This document shows positions 9,446 to 20,168 of a stretch of DNA of 64,000 bases, one piece after another. A program made the position numbers and the translations under genes. The DNA comes from Oligoflexia bacterium (GTDB lineage: Bacteria > Bdellovibrionota > Bdellovibrionia > JABDDW01). Under the pieces are notes generated by a model, which saw only the letters and a program-made list of their open reading frames with translations, was not told where the DNA came from and searched no databases. The DNA is taken from NCBI GenBank assembly GCA_016715815.1, contig JADJXN010000014.1, positions 171,767-235,766 on the forward strand, read 5' to 3'. Positions within the stretch are counted from its first letter, which is position 1, and each line of letters starts with the position of its first letter.

Positions 9446-11683
9446 ATGAAAACATATAAGTACTTTTATTTATTGCTCATAACTGCTGTGTTCCAGCTTG
9501 GCTTTATCTCAACTTCAGAGATCAAGCGCTCAGCTCCTGTGGCTGTTAACCGCTGGGTTGATTTGTCAAAACCTGATTTACAAAAAAAAATCGCAACCTT
9601 TAAAGATCCCCTTGCCAAAGCCTCTGCATTTTATTTTTTAAACCAATATGAGGAGTGCGCAATACAAGCAAAGTTAGTTAGTGCTAAATCTATTATTTAT
9701 GACCAAGCTTTAAACCTACTTCTTCAGTGTGCCTCAAAGGAGCTTGAACAAAAAGGCAATGGTACCAAGGCTGTAGCCTATTTAAATATTTTATTAAAAA
9801 ATAAAAATCAGTTCTCAGCCGCTAATCAAGATCTTTTAAGTGGGTTTCAAATTAATACCCTATTAGCATTGGCAAAAAAAGCGCAATGGAAGCAGGTCCA
9901 AGCAGAACTAAATAAAATTTTTGATGATGAATTTAAATTTAATAAAACTCAAAGGGCCCTAGCTTATGCCACTTTAGGGGATTTAATGATTTATGAAAGA
10001 AAATGGATTGATTCTTTAAAATACTTTGCCCGCTCAAAAGAGCTTGATGAAAAGGCTGATATAGACACTAAAATTAAGAACATACTCTCATTAATTCCTA
10101 AAAATTTTAGGTCTCAGTTTGAATCTTCTTTAAATAATAATTTAAATTTAAGCACTGTGGCTTCAAATTCTAATGGTGATGTTATGCCCTCTACTGAGGA
10201 GCTGGATCTACTTAACCAAGCAAATAACTACTTGGCAAAAAATGACCCGATTTCAGCAACGGAGGCAATGGTTAGTTTATTAAAAAAATACCCAATTTCT
10301 TCAAGATCACGATGGGCGCAAGATAAAATTTTTGAACTTGTTGGAGTTGAGGTTGAAAAAAGTCGGGGCTCGGATGGAAGCTCAGTGGCAAAAAATAAAA
10401 TTGTAAAGTTAATGGGAGAAGTGGATCCAGAGAGAATGTCTGGCTGGGCTTACTCTCTTTTTAATTCTCAATCTTACTCTGATGCAGCTTTTTTATTTGA
10501 AAAATCTTTTGAGCTTACTGATGGGACATCAACAGGTGCAAAAAATCTTTACATGGCGGCTAGAAGTTACCAACTTTCACAGCAATACACTCAGGCAAAA
10601 ACTTTTTATAAACTATTAAGTACCAAGTACTCTACAACGACAGAGTTTGTTGATGGAGCCATTCAGTGGGCATTTGTAAATTATAATGAAAAAGATTATT
10701 CAGAAGCCATTACCCATTTTGAAATGGCACGCTCTAGAAAAATGACTAATCAGCAGGATTTAATTTCTCTATTTTGGCTTTACCAGGCTTATAAAACTAA
10801 AGGGGAGGAGGCTTTAAAAGTAAAGGCTGCTAATGAATTAATTCAAAAATTTCCACTTACTTATTATGGCTTAATTGCCTATTTCGATTTAAACAAAAAA
10901 CTACCACAGTTTGAAAAGGCTAAAAGTAAGTCTTTAAAACTAGAATTATCTCGTGCTGAAAATAAAGCACTCACAAGAGCCAAGGCCTTAATGAAAGTGG
11001 GTTTGCTTGATGAGGCCACTGAGGAGCTTTCAAAAATTCAATCAAGACCACTTTCTCAAGATGAGAATTTGTTTTTGGCTGAAAACTATTCGAAAAATTT
11101 AAATTATCCAAAAGTATTCTCGGTGATGTCTGATATTTTTGATAAAGATCAAAACCTGCGTGATGATGCTTTGGTAAAAACTTTATTTCCAAAAGAATTT
11201 TGGAGCCACGTCAATGACGACAAAAAGCGAAGCCAGTTGGATCCTTACCTACTACTAGCAGTAATGCGTCAAGAAAGTGCATTTAGGCACCAGGCTGTAA
11301 GCCGCAGTGGGGCTTTAGGGCTTTTACAAATGATTCCACCAACAGCAGATGAAGTTAGGCAAGAATTAGGAGTTAAAATTGAAATACCAAATGATATGTA
11401 TGACCCAGGGGTTAATGTCAAATTTTGTGCTTATTATTTAGCAAAACTAATTAAAAAGTTTAATGGTTCCATTCCGCTTGCGCTTGCTGCATATAACGCA
11501 GGACCGACAAGAATTTCTCAGTTTATAAAAGCTCAAAAAGATTTAGTGAAGGATACTTGGGTGGATGAGTTACCAATTTCAGAAACTTCTTTTTATGTGA
11601 AATCCATTTTAAAGAATTACATTATGTATAAGGCGCTCTATGCTGGACAAACGTCTTTGGGTACGCCACCATGGTCTATGTAA
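9446..11683 (+). CDS. soluble lytic transglycosylase (TPR/superhelical N-domain + Slt catalytic domain)
   Basis: Signal peptide; catalytic motif AVMRQESAFRHQAVSRSGALGLLQM, AYNAGP. Confidence 0.8.
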   Translation: MKTYKYFYLLLITAVFQLGFISTSEIKRSAPVAVNRWVDLSKPDLQKKIATFKDPLAKASAFYFLNQYEECAIQAKLVSAKSIIYDQALNLLLQCASKELEQKGNGTKAVAYLNILLKNKNQFSAANQDLLSGFQINTLLALAKKAQWKQVQAELNKIFDDEFKFNKTQRALAYATLGDLMIYERKWIDSLKYFARSKELDEKADIDTKIKNILSLIPKNFRSQFESSLNNNLNLSTVASNSNGDVMPSTEELDLLNQANNYLAKNDPISATEAMVSLLKKYPISSRSRWAQDKIFELVGVEVEKSRGSDGSSVAKNKIVKLMGEVDPERMSGWAYSLFNSQSYSDAAFLFEKSFELTDGTSTGAKNLYMAARSYQLSQQYTQAKTFYKLLSTKYSTTTEFVDGAIQWAFVNYNEKDYSEAITHFEMARSRKMTNQQDLISLFWLYQAYKTKGEEALKVKAANELIQKFPLTYYGLIAYFDLNKKLPQFEKAKSKSLKLELSRAENKALTRAKALMKVGLLDEATEELSKIQSRPLSQDENLFLAENYSKNLNYPKVFSVMSDIFDKDQNLRDDALVKTLFPKEFWSHVNDDKKRSQLDPYLLLAVMRQESAFRHQAVSRSGALGLLQMIPPTADEVRQELGVKIEIPNDMYDPGVNVKFCAYYLAKLIKKFNGSIPLALAAYNAGPTRISQFIKAQKDLVKDTWVDELPISETSFYVKSILKNYIMYKALYAGQTSLGTPPWSM

Positions 11684-11754
11684 GTGTTTGTTTGAAAAGT
11701 AACTTTAAAACGTTGTAAACTATAAAAATACGATGGGGGTTTAATTTACTTAAA

Positions 11755-13065
11755 ATGACAAGATATCTACTTCTTGTATTACCTATTTTTTTAATTAGTT
11801 GTTCAACTTTTAAAAGAGGTGGAAGTTTATCTTCAGAAGATAAAGTCATACAAAATCTCCCAGGCGGGGATTCCACTTCTATGGTAGAAATGGGACAAAT
11901 CCCTATAGAGGTAAATGCCAAAGTAGAGCAATGGATTCAGTATTTTCAAGGTCGGGGTCGGCCCCATTTTGAGCGCTATCTTGAAAGGTCCACCCGCTAT
12001 ACACCTTTAATGAAAAAAATCTTAAAAGAAAACGGTGTGCCTGAGGATTTAATTTACGTTTGCATGATTGAATCTGGTTTTAGTTCAAGAATAAAAAGTA
12101 GGGCAAAGGCCGTTGGCTTTTGGCAGTTTATAAAAGGCACAGGTAACAACTACGGATTAAGAGTGAGCAACATGATTGATGAACGCTATGATCCGGTGAG
12201 AAGTACTGAGGCGGCCTCAGCCTACTTTAAAGGCTTATATAATCTTTTTAATTCTTGGTTTTTAGCTCTGGCTAGTTACAACGTTGGTGAGAACAGAATC
12301 AAAAATCTTGTAATGAAAAACTACACCAGAGACTTTTGGGAAATAGCAAGGCGAAAACAGCTTCCTAGTGAAACTGTTCATTACATCCCAAAGTTTTTAG
12401 CAGCTAGCCTAATTGCAAAAGAGCCTGAAAAATACGGCTTTGTTGGCCTTGATTACCAAGCCCCCATGGTTTTTGATGTGGTTACGGCAAAAGATCCTGT
12501 GGATATGAAGGTTTTAGCTAAGTCTTTAAAAATCGACTATAAGGAATTAAAAGATCTAAACCCTGCTTATAAAACTCAGTATGCTCCACTGCTAGATGGT
12601 GAATCATTTGTGCGTGTGCCACAGGGCTTAGGAGAGGCTGCAAAAATTGCCATTAACGATGCCCTTGTTAAGAACAAGCGTTTTTTAGCAACTTCCAGTG
12701 TGCCAGCAGCTAAAGGTTCTTTTTTAAAGTATAAAGTTCAACGCGGAGACAATCTTAGCAAAATAGCTGAACGATTTGATGTTACTGTTGATGAAATTTT
12801 AAAACTCAACCGAATAAGAAAAAATAAACTTCGCCCAGGTACTATGATTAAAATCCCATCATCGACTGCAAATATTGTAAAAGAGGCCAGTGACACTTCT
12901 GCATTAAAAAAAAAGTCCTCCCTTTTACACATCGTAAAACGGGGTGAAACCTTAATTCATATAGCAAGAAAGTACGGTGTTTCATTGAGCAAACTTGCCC
13001 GTGCAAATGATCTTAATACACGCTCTTATGTTTACTACGGCCAAAAATTATGGCTTCCAAAATAA
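11755..13065 (+). CDS. mltD: membrane-bound lytic transglycosylase D-like with two LysM domains
   Basis: Lipoprotein signal LISCS; CMIESGFS...AVGFWQF, ASYNVGENR; LysM repeats YKVQRGDNLSKIA and HIVKRGETLIHIA. Confidence 0.8.
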   Translation: MTRYLLLVLPIFLISCSTFKRGGSLSSEDKVIQNLPGGDSTSMVEMGQIPIEVNAKVEQWIQYFQGRGRPHFERYLERSTRYTPLMKKILKENGVPEDLIYVCMIESGFSSRIKSRAKAVGFWQFIKGTGNNYGLRVSNMIDERYDPVRSTEAASAYFKGLYNLFNSWFLALASYNVGENRIKNLVMKNYTRDFWEIARRKQLPSETVHYIPKFLAASLIAKEPEKYGFVGLDYQAPMVFDVVTAKDPVDMKVLAKSLKIDYKELKDLNPAYKTQYAPLLDGESFVRVPQGLGEAAKIAINDALVKNKRFLATSSVPAAKGSFLKYKVQRGDNLSKIAERFDVTVDEILKLNRIRKNKLRPGTMIKIPSSTANIVKEASDTSALKKKSSLLHIVKRGETLIHIARKYGVSLSKLARANDLNTRSYVYYGQKLWLPK

Positions 13066-13066
13066 A

Positions 13067-13094
13067 GCGGCGATGCCTTTTAGGTCATCGCCGC
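13067..13094 (+). terminator. stem-loop just after mltD stop (9-bp stem, no clear U-tract)
   Basis: gcggcgatg / catcgccgc inverted repeat. Confidence 0.35.
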
Positions 13095-13349
13095 ATGCTA
13101 AAACTCACATTAAAATTCTCCTGAATTTTCCCTGCCTCGCACCAGATCACTTCTGTTTGAGTCGTCGGGATTAATCTTATAAATAACTATCTATGTGAGG
13201 ATGACTAAAAAAAAGGCCCAGCTAGTTTGAAACGTCTAACATGCGATAGTATTACGTTCAGCATATCGTTTCCCCCTTTGTTATGAGATCTTATCGGAAT
13301 ATTTATGCAATGCATAAATAGGGCAAAGGTGCTGTTTTTGGCAGAGTTG

Positions 13350-13377
13350 TTGCATATTATAAGTTATTGAATATAAT
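13350..13377 (+). promoter_or_regulatory. sigma70-like promoter candidate TTGCAT-16-TATAAT upstream of the 13399 gene
   Basis: ttgcat at 13350-13355 and tataat at 13372-13377. Confidence 0.3.
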
Positions 13378-13398
13378 AAGGAAATAGGGGGTTTTTGA

Positions 13399-13764
13399 GT
13401 GTCTAAGATATTAGCTTTTGTCTTTATAGTGGCCGGTTTTGGCATCATTTTAACCTATCAAAATTGTGGTCAACCTAATAATGTCAATAAAACGCCCCAA
13501 GGCTCCGTTACTATTACAGGAACAGTTGAGAAATCAACCCTTGATGGTTGTAATACCCTCATTGTTTCAGATGAAGACCCTAACAGTAAATTCATCCCCT
13601 TTGGTGTTTCTTCCGATACATTTAAAAACGGTGAAAGAGTTAAAATTCAAGGTTCATTTCCCAATGATGTTTACTCAACTTGCATGGCTGGTGTTATTTT
13701 AAGAGTAGAAAAACTTGAAAAAGTACAAAACAATGTACAAATGTCTCAGCCATTTATTCCTTAA
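13399..13764 (+). CDS. small secreted hypothetical protein (GTG start)
   Basis: ORF with signal peptide, RBS-like aggggg upstream. Confidence 0.5.
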   Translation: MSKILAFVFIVAGFGIILTYQNCGQPNNVNKTPQGSVTITGTVEKSTLDGCNTLIVSDEDPNSKFIPFGVSSDTFKNGERVKIQGSFPNDVYSTCMAGVILRVEKLEKVQNNVQMSQPFIP

Positions 13765-13787
13765 GCCAAAGTGGGGGGCGTAACAGG

Positions 13788-14825
13788 ATGTTGGAATCTA
13801 TGAAGTTTATTAAATCAAGAAATTTGCGTATTTTTACTGCAGTTATAATTTTGTCCTCGTTTTTCATTATTTTTCAAAACTGCAGCCACCCTTCGGATAG
13901 CGGGAGTATTGTTGTTCCAGTAAAAAATAAGCTCTTAGGCTGCTTTGATCAGCTAAATCAAACCTCAGAATGGTCTAATGAAACTGAAGTCATTATTGAT
14001 GGCTATACAGGTAATGCTATGGAGCCACAAATCTCTTCAGATCAGGTGACCTTATTTTTTAATAATAAAACCTCAGATGACCGCCAAATGGACGTACATT
14101 ATGCTGTTAAACAGGCAAATGGTCATTTTTTATATATAGGCCCGTTATCAGGCACAGTTGATAACGATGATCTTGATGGAGTACCCAGCTTAGATTTAAG
14201 TGGTAACTTTTATTTTACCTCTACTAGAACCTACGGAAACAATTTTAGAACACTTTTTGGCGGTTTACTTGTTTTAGACGCAGCAAATTTGTCAAACCCA
14301 CTCTCTGTTATTAACGTAGCAGCAGCTGATACTTCTTTTGGCATGGGGCAAGCTGGCAAGGTAGATATGGATATGTCTGTATCTTGGGACGGCACCCTTG
14401 CAGTTTTATCAAGGGCTACATTTAGCGAGGGAAAAGGTTACCCGGATGAAAGCTACCTTGAAATGTTTAATGTTAATTCTAGACAGCTTTATGCAAACAA
14501 CCAAAGCTTTGAATTTTTAAAAAATGTAAACCTAAGCGGTTGCAGAGTTTATGCTCCCAACTTATCAAGCGATCTTAAAGAACTTTATTACACTATGCTT
14601 GCAGAAAAATCCCCGGGTGATTTTGATTTTAGAGTTGTTGTTTCAAAAAGAAGCCAAATTGCTGAACCTTTTGGTGTGGGGGCAATCATTGAAGCTATTC
14701 CGGCACTCACAACAGCTGAAGGCCCAACTCTAAGCTACAATGATGGTGGTAAAACTTTGTATTATCACCGTAAAGACCCTAATGATGGTGGGCGTTTTAA
14801 AATATATAAAGTTAGTCGACCATAG
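13788..14825 (+). CDS. secreted hypothetical protein
   Basis: ORF with N-terminal hydrophobic signal, no recognised motif. Confidence 0.55.
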   Translation: MLESMKFIKSRNLRIFTAVIILSSFFIIFQNCSHPSDSGSIVVPVKNKLLGCFDQLNQTSEWSNETEVIIDGYTGNAMEPQISSDQVTLFFNNKTSDDRQMDVHYAVKQANGHFLYIGPLSGTVDNDDLDGVPSLDLSGNFYFTSTRTYGNNFRTLFGGLLVLDAANLSNPLSVINVAAADTSFGMGQAGKVDMDMSVSWDGTLAVLSRATFSEGKGYPDESYLEMFNVNSRQLYANNQSFEFLKNVNLSGCRVYAPNLSSDLKELYYTMLAEKSPGDFDFRVVVSKRSQIAEPFGVGAIIEAIPALTTAEGPTLSYNDGGKTLYYHRKDPNDGGRFKIYKVSRP

Positions 14826-15618
14826 TCAGAGAAGTAGCTAAATTATCAAACATACCTTGAACATTTTTTAACAAATTGTTTTCAGAGGCTGCCATCAGAG
14901 GTTCCCCAGTTTCTGCTTTAAAACCAATTAACGGTGTAAAAGCTAGCTTTGCTAAAAGTGGAATATTATTTTTCTCACAATAATTTCTTAAATTTCCTTC
15001 TGGAAAAAGATGATTTGGGTGCCCACAGTTTTCACAAACAAGGGCTGACATATTTTCTACCATTCCCAAAATGGGGACTTTTACTTTTTTAAACATGTCA
15101 ATACAACGGGTGACATCTATTAAAGACATATCCTGAGGGGTGCTTACAATTATTGCGCCATCAAGGGGAATTTTTTGCGCTAATGTCAGCTGCACATCTC
15201 CGGTTCCGGGTGGGAGATCGACGATTAAATAATCAAGCTCACCCCAATTCACATCAAACAAAAACTGAGAGATGGCTTTAAAAAGCATGGGGCCTCGCCA
15301 AATAATGGCTTCATTTTCACTAACCAAAAAACCAAGGGACATGGTGGCGATATCAAATTTAAAAACTGGGTCTATTTTATTTGTGGCGGTTAAATTTGGC
15401 TTGGCTTCTTTTAAGCCTAAAAGGTGGGGAATACTTGGGCCATAAATATCAGCATCAAGAAGGCCAACTTTGAGCCCCTTTTTTTGTAAACTTAAGGCAA
15501 GATTTACAGCCACTGTGGTTTTACCTACACCACCCTTACCAGCACCTACAGCGATGACTTTTTTTATTCCAGGAATTTTTTTTTGCGCATCAAAGGGGTT
15601 TCCACCGTAAACCGACAC
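14812..15618 (-). CDS. apbC: Mrp/ApbC-family Fe-S cluster carrier ATPase
   Basis: Deviant Walker A GAGKGGVGKTT, CxxC (CENCGH). Confidence 0.85.
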   Translation of the reverse strand: MSVYGGNPFDAQKKIPGIKKVIAVGAGKGGVGKTTVAVNLALSLQKKGLKVGLLDADIYGPSIPHLLGLKEAKPNLTATNKIDPVFKFDIATMSLGFLVSENEAIIWRGPMLFKAISQFLFDVNWGELDYLIVDLPPGTGDVQLTLAQKIPLDGAIIVSTPQDMSLIDVTRCIDMFKKVKVPILGMVENMSALVCENCGHPNHLFPEGNLRNYCEKNNIPLLAKLAFTPLIGFKAETGEPLMAASENNLLKNVQGMFDNLATSLTMVD

Positions 15619-15669
15619 AATTAACTCCTTCTTGACTAAAATCAGCTTAACTAATACGACAATAAATCT

Positions 15670-16053
15670 ATGCGCGCCAGCTTCTTTTTAATTATAAATG
15701 CTATAATTCTTTGCTACCTGGTCTTTCGCATTTTTATAAGTGCTAATAGACGCTCACGCCCTAAAACAAAATCTGAAGAGTTTACTGGTGGCGGTTTTAA
15801 GAGAGAATTTTTTGATATTTTTACAACTGCTGCTAATTCAAGGCCCCATGAGAAGTCTCTTAATTGCCACTTTCAGTTTCAGGGTAAAACCTATGATGCC
15901 TACCAAGTGTTAGGGGTGCCCGCTGGAGCCCCATTTCAAGAGTGCAAGCATGCTTATGAGGAATTGGTAAATGAAAAAGAGAGCACTTCATTGGCGTACT
16001 CTAAAGATGTCATTAATGCAGCCCTAAACGCGCTTCAAAGAAGTAAGAGTTAG
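15670..16053 (+). CDS. membrane-anchored protein with degenerate J-domain-like segment
   Basis: N-terminal TM helix; YQVLGVPAGAPFQECKHAYEEL resembles J-domain helix II but no HPD. Confidence 0.45.
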   Translation: MRASFFLIINAIILCYLVFRIFISANRRSRPKTKSEEFTGGGFKREFFDIFTTAANSRPHEKSLNCHFQFQGKTYDAYQVLGVPAGAPFQECKHAYEELVNEKESTSLAYSKDVINAALNALQRSKS

Positions 16054-16132
16054 TAATTTACGCATTGCACAATAAAACTAAAGGGAAGCCCGTTTTCTTG
16101 ACATTTTACGCGCTAAATTTTAAATTTCCTCA

Positions 16133-17494
16133 ATGACAGAAAAGACATCTTTAAACGACATGCAAAAGCTTGTTTCCTTAAGCAAGCGCAGGGGTTTTGT
16201 TTTTCAATCAAGTGAAATTTATGGTGGTATTAACGCCTGCTGGGATTACGGTCCTTTGGGTGTTGAGCTAAAACATAATATCAAGTCTGCTTGGTGGAAT
16301 GCCATGACAAGACGACCTGATATTGATGGTATTGATGCCGCCATTTTGATGCACCCACAAGTATGGAAATCTTCAGGCCATGTTGACGGCTTTACAGACC
16401 CACTAGTTGATTGCAAAAAATGTAAAGCTCGCTTTAGAACAGATAACGAAATTTACTCAAAAGAGAAAAAATGCCCCTCTTGCGGCTCTACAGATCTTAG
16501 TGAGCCTCGCAATTTTAACTTAATGTTTAAAACTTTTATGGGCCCCCTTGAAGATGCAGCAAGTGTTGTTTATCTGCGCCCTGAAACAGCTCAAGGGATT
16601 TATGTAAATTACCAAAACGTGCAAGTTACTGCGCGAAGAAAAATCCCATTTGGTATTGCTCAAATTGGAAAAGCTTTTAGAAATGAAATCACCCCCGGAA
16701 ATTTTATTTTCCGTACCCGCGAGTTTGAACAAATGGAAATGCAATACTTTGTAAAACCCGGCACTGATGAAAAATGGATGTCTGATTGGAAAGAGCGCCG
16801 CATGCAGTGGTACTTAGATCATGGTTTTAAAAAACAAAATTTACAATACCACCAACACGGCGAGGGAGAGCTAGCCCATTATGCAAAAGCAGCCTTTGAT
16901 ATTCAGTATAAATTCCCCTTTGGTTGGCAAGAGCTTGAGGGCATACATAATAGAACAGATTTTGATTTAGGTAGGCATCAACAGGCATCAAAAAAGAATT
17001 TAGAATATTTTGAAGAGGCCACAAAAGAAAAATTTATCCCATATATTATTGAGACAAGTGCGGGCTGCGATAGGTCTTTATTGGCTTGTATGTGTGATGC
17101 CTACGCTGAAGAAGTCACACAAGATGAAGAAACTAAAAAAGAAGAAGTGCGCGTGATAATGCGCTTTCACCCAAAACTAGCTCCTGTGAAAGTAGCATTT
17201 TTACCTTTAAGCAAAAAAGAAGAGCTTTCAAAACCAACACAAAAACTTCAAGAAGAATTTGTAGAAGACATGGTTACTCAATATGATGAATCATCTAGTA
17301 TTGGAAAGCGCTACCGCCGCCAAGATGAAATTGGCACTCCTTTATGTGTTACTATGGATTTTGAAAGCTTAAACGACAAAAAAGTAACTGTACGCCACCG
17401 AGATTCCATGAAGCAAGACCGTGTGGATATGTCACAGCTAAAAGAATATATTCAAAAAAAATTAAAAAACTTTAACAGCGAGGCAGGGGTCTAA
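16133..17494 (+). CDS. glyQS: glycyl-tRNA synthetase, single-chain class II form (start may be the internal Met near 16160)
   Basis: [20 protein letters not shown]-terminus, class II motifs, zinc-finger-like CKKCKARF...CPSCG insert. Confidence 0.9.
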   Translation: MTEKTSLNDMQKLVSLSKRRGFVFQSSEIYGGINACWDYGPLGVELKHNIKSAWWNAMTRRPDIDGIDAAILMHPQVWKSSGHVDGFTDPLVDCKKCKARFRTDNEIYSKEKKCPSCGSTDLSEPRNFNLMFKTFMGPLEDAASVVYLRPETAQGIYVNYQNVQVTARRKIPFGIAQIGKAFRNEITPGNFIFRTREFEQMEMQYFVKPGTDEKWMSDWKERRMQWYLDHGFKKQNLQYHQHGEGELAHYAKAAFDIQYKFPFGWQELEGIHNRTDFDLGRHQQASKKNLEYFEEATKEKFIPYIIETSAGCDRSLLACMCDAYAEEVTQDEETKKEEVRVIMRFHPKLAPVKVAFLPLSKKEELSKPTQKLQEEFVEDMVTQYDESSSIGKRYRRQDEIGTPLCVTMDFESLNDKKVTVRHRDSMKQDRVDMSQLKEYIQKKLKNFNSEAGV

Positions 17495-20166
17495 TGCAAC
17501 TAACACCGCAAACTTCAACCAGGCGCGAGGAAAAAATGGAAAAAGCAGTTTATTATTTCGGTAACGGAAAAGCTGAAGGCAATTCCAAAATGAAGGAAAT
17601 TTTAGGCGGCAAAGGTGCAAACCTTGCAGAAATGGTTTCCTTAGGTATTCCCGTTCCCCCGGGCTTTACCATTTCTACAGAAGTTTGCAGTGAGTTTTAT
17701 AAATCCGGAAAAGCCATTCCTGAAAAAGTTTGGCAAGATGTTTTAAAAAGTGTTTCTCGTTTAGAAACAGAAATTGGTAAAAAATTTGCAGATCCTACAA
17801 ACCCCTTGTTGGTGAGTGTTCGCTCAGGAGCGCGTGCTTCTATGCCAGGCATGATGGATACAATTTTAAATTTAGGCCTTAATGATGAAACCACAGAAGG
17901 GTTGGCTAAAATTTCTCAAAACCCACGCTTTGCCTATGATAGCTACCGTCGGTTTATTCACATGTATTCCAACGTGGTTATGGGAATGAATGGGAGCATT
18001 TTAGAAACAGAACTTGAAGATTTAAAAGATTCAAAAAAAGTTCACCAAGACACAGAATTAACAGCTGAGGATTTAAAAAAACTTTGTGATGTTTTTAAAA
18101 AGCGTGTGTTCGAATTAACAGGCAAAAAATTTCCCATGGACCCACTTAGCCAACTTAAAGGGGCTGTGAGTGCCGTGTTTGAAAGCTGGAACACACCGCG
18201 GGCAATGACATACCGTAAGTTACATGGCTACCCAGATAGCTGGGGGACAGCTGTTAACGTTCAAGCTATGGTTTTTGGTAACCGCGGGAATGACTCTGCA
18301 ACTGGAGTTGCATTTACAAGGGATCCTTCAACAGGGGAGAAAAGATTTTTTGGAGAGTTTTTAATTAACGCTCAAGGTGAAGATGTTGTGGCGGGAATTA
18401 GAACCCCTGAGCCCATAATCCAGTTAGAAAAAGAAATGCCAAAGGCCTATAAAGAACTTTGTGGAATTTATCAAAAATTAGAGACTCACTACAAAGACAT
18501 GCAGGACATTGAATTTACAATTGAACAAAATAAGCTCTGGATGCTTCAAACAAGAAACGGTAAGCGCTCAGCAAAAGCGGCCATTCAAATTGCAATGGAT
18601 ATGATTAAAGAAGGTCTCATCTCTGAAAAGGAAGCTCTTTTAAGAGTAGACCCACTTCAGCTTGACCAACTTTTACACCCAACCTTAGACCCAAAAGCAA
18701 AAAAGAATGTTTTGGCTAAAGGGCTTCCAGCTTCCCCTGGAGCAGCCACTGGGCAAATTGTATTTACCCCTGAGGATGCTGAGAAATTTTCTGAGCTTGG
18801 AAAAAAATGTATCTTAGTGCGCATTGAAACTTCCCCTGAAGACATTCACGGAATGGTTGTTGCCCAAGGTATTTTAACCACTCGTGGGGGAATGACTTCC
18901 CATGCTGCAGTGGTGGCACGCGGGATGGGTAAATGTTGTGTGGCAGGTTGTGGGGAAATTGATGTTAACTACAACGCTCAAACAATGAGTGTAAAAGGAA
19001 AAACCTTTAAAAAAGGTGACGTTATTACTCTTGATGGCTCCACCGGTGAAGTTTTTGAAGGTGAAATAAAAACCATTGAACCTGAGATTGGCGCGCAATT
19101 CGGTGAGCTTATGAAGTTAAGCGATAAATATAGAAAGCTTGGCATTTTAACCAATGCAGACACACCAAAAGATGCCAAAACTGCCCGTGAATTTGGTGCA
19201 GAAGGAATTGGTCTTTGTAGAACTGAGCATATGTTTTTTGATGCTCAGCGGATTGATGCCGTTCGTGAAATGATAGTGGCAGATAATCGCGAAGACCGTG
19301 AAAAAGCACTTACTAAGTTATTGCCAATGCAAAAAGGAGATTTCTTAGAGATTTTTAAACAAATGCAAGGCTACCCTGTAACTATAAGATTACTTGACCC
19401 ACCTTTGCATGAGTTTGTTCCTCAAACTGATGAGGAAATTAAGCACTTAAGCGAAAAACTTGACCTAGATTTTAATAAACTTAAATCTAAAGTTAAATCA
19501 TTGCATGAGTTTAACCCAATGCTTGGCCATCGTGGTTGCAGGCTAGCGGTTACCTACCCTGAAATCTATGCTATGCAGGCAAGAGCCATTGCAGAGGCAG
19601 CCGCTGAGCTTAAATCTCAAGGGGTAAAAGTCATTGTAGATATTATGATCCCATTAATAAATACAGAAAAAGAATTAGCATTAATGCGCCAACTTGTTGA
19701 AAAGGAAGTTTTGGCAACACAAAGTAGGCTTAATATTAAATTTGATTATACAATAGGCACCATGATTGAGCTCCCAGGAGCCGCTCTGGTGGCTGATGAC
19801 ATAGCTAAACAGGCTGATTTTTTTAGCTTTGGAACAAACGATCTTACTCAAACCACCTTGGGGCTTAGCCGCGATGATTCTGGCAAATTTTTACCAACTT
19901 ATGTGGAAAAAGGCCTTTTTAGTGCAGACCCCTTTGTGAGTGTTGATCAAAAAGCAGTGGGAAAATTAATTAAATTAGCAGTTGATTTAGGGCGCAAAAC
20001 CAAATCAAATCTAAAGATAGGTGTTTGTGGGGAACATGGGGGAGATCCTGCTAGTGTAGAGTTCTTCCATAGGGTAGGGCTAAGCTATGTGAGCTGTTCA
20101 CCCTATCGTGTACCTATTGCGCGCCTAGCAGCTGCTCGAGCTGCCATAAAAGAAGAGGGGCATTAA
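17494..20166 (+). CDS. ppdK: pyruvate, phosphate dikinase
   Basis: PEP-utilising His motif GGMTSHAAVVARGMG, ATP-grasp N-domain, C-terminal TIM barrel GLCRTEH. Confidence 0.9.
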   Translation: MQLTPQTSTRREEKMEKAVYYFGNGKAEGNSKMKEILGGKGANLAEMVSLGIPVPPGFTISTEVCSEFYKSGKAIPEKVWQDVLKSVSRLETEIGKKFADPTNPLLVSVRSGARASMPGMMDTILNLGLNDETTEGLAKISQNPRFAYDSYRRFIHMYSNVVMGMNGSILETELEDLKDSKKVHQDTELTAEDLKKLCDVFKKRVFELTGKKFPMDPLSQLKGAVSAVFESWNTPRAMTYRKLHGYPDSWGTAVNVQAMVFGNRGNDSATGVAFTRDPSTGEKRFFGEFLINAQGEDVVAGIRTPEPIIQLEKEMPKAYKELCGIYQKLETHYKDMQDIEFTIEQNKLWMLQTRNGKRSAKAAIQIAMDMIKEGLISEKEALLRVDPLQLDQLLHPTLDPKAKKNVLAKGLPASPGAATGQIVFTPEDAEKFSELGKKCILVRIETSPEDIHGMVVAQGILTTRGGMTSHAAVVARGMGKCCVAGCGEIDVNYNAQTMSVKGKTFKKGDVITLDGSTGEVFEGEIKTIEPEIGAQFGELMKLSDKYRKLGILTNADTPKDAKTAREFGAEGIGLCRTEHMFFDAQRIDAVREMIVADNREDREKALTKLLPMQKGDFLEIFKQMQGYPVTIRLLDPPLHEFVPQTDEEIKHLSEKLDLDFNKLKSKVKSLHEFNPMLGHRGCRLAVTYPEIYAMQARAIAEAAAELKSQGVKVIVDIMIPLINTEKELALMRQLVEKEVLATQSRLNIKFDYTIGTMIELPGAALVADDIAKQADFFSFGTNDLTQTTLGLSRDDSGKFLPTYVEKGLFSADPFVSVDQKAVGKLIKLAVDLGRKTKSNLKIGVCGEHGGDPASVEFFHRVGLSYVSCSPYRVPIARLAAARAAIKEEGH

Positions 20167-20168
20167 GT

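Noticed and set aside
13096-13340. tmRNA, RNase P RNA or SRP RNA in the long intergenic region
   Set aside because: None of the hallmark conserved motifs of these RNAs was found on either strand by eye; left as an unexplained non-coding region.
13466-13702. 78-aa ORF overlapping the 13399..13764 gene in another frame (also 14551..14733 inside the 13788 gene)
   Set aside because: Alternative-frame ORFs inside longer signal-peptide ORFs; the longer ORFs are preferred.
16098-16126. glyQS promoter TTGACA-17-TAAATT
   Set aside because: Good -35 but weak -10, and it would lie only 6 nt from the annotated ATG; plausible only if the true start is the internal Met near 16160, so left unannotated.
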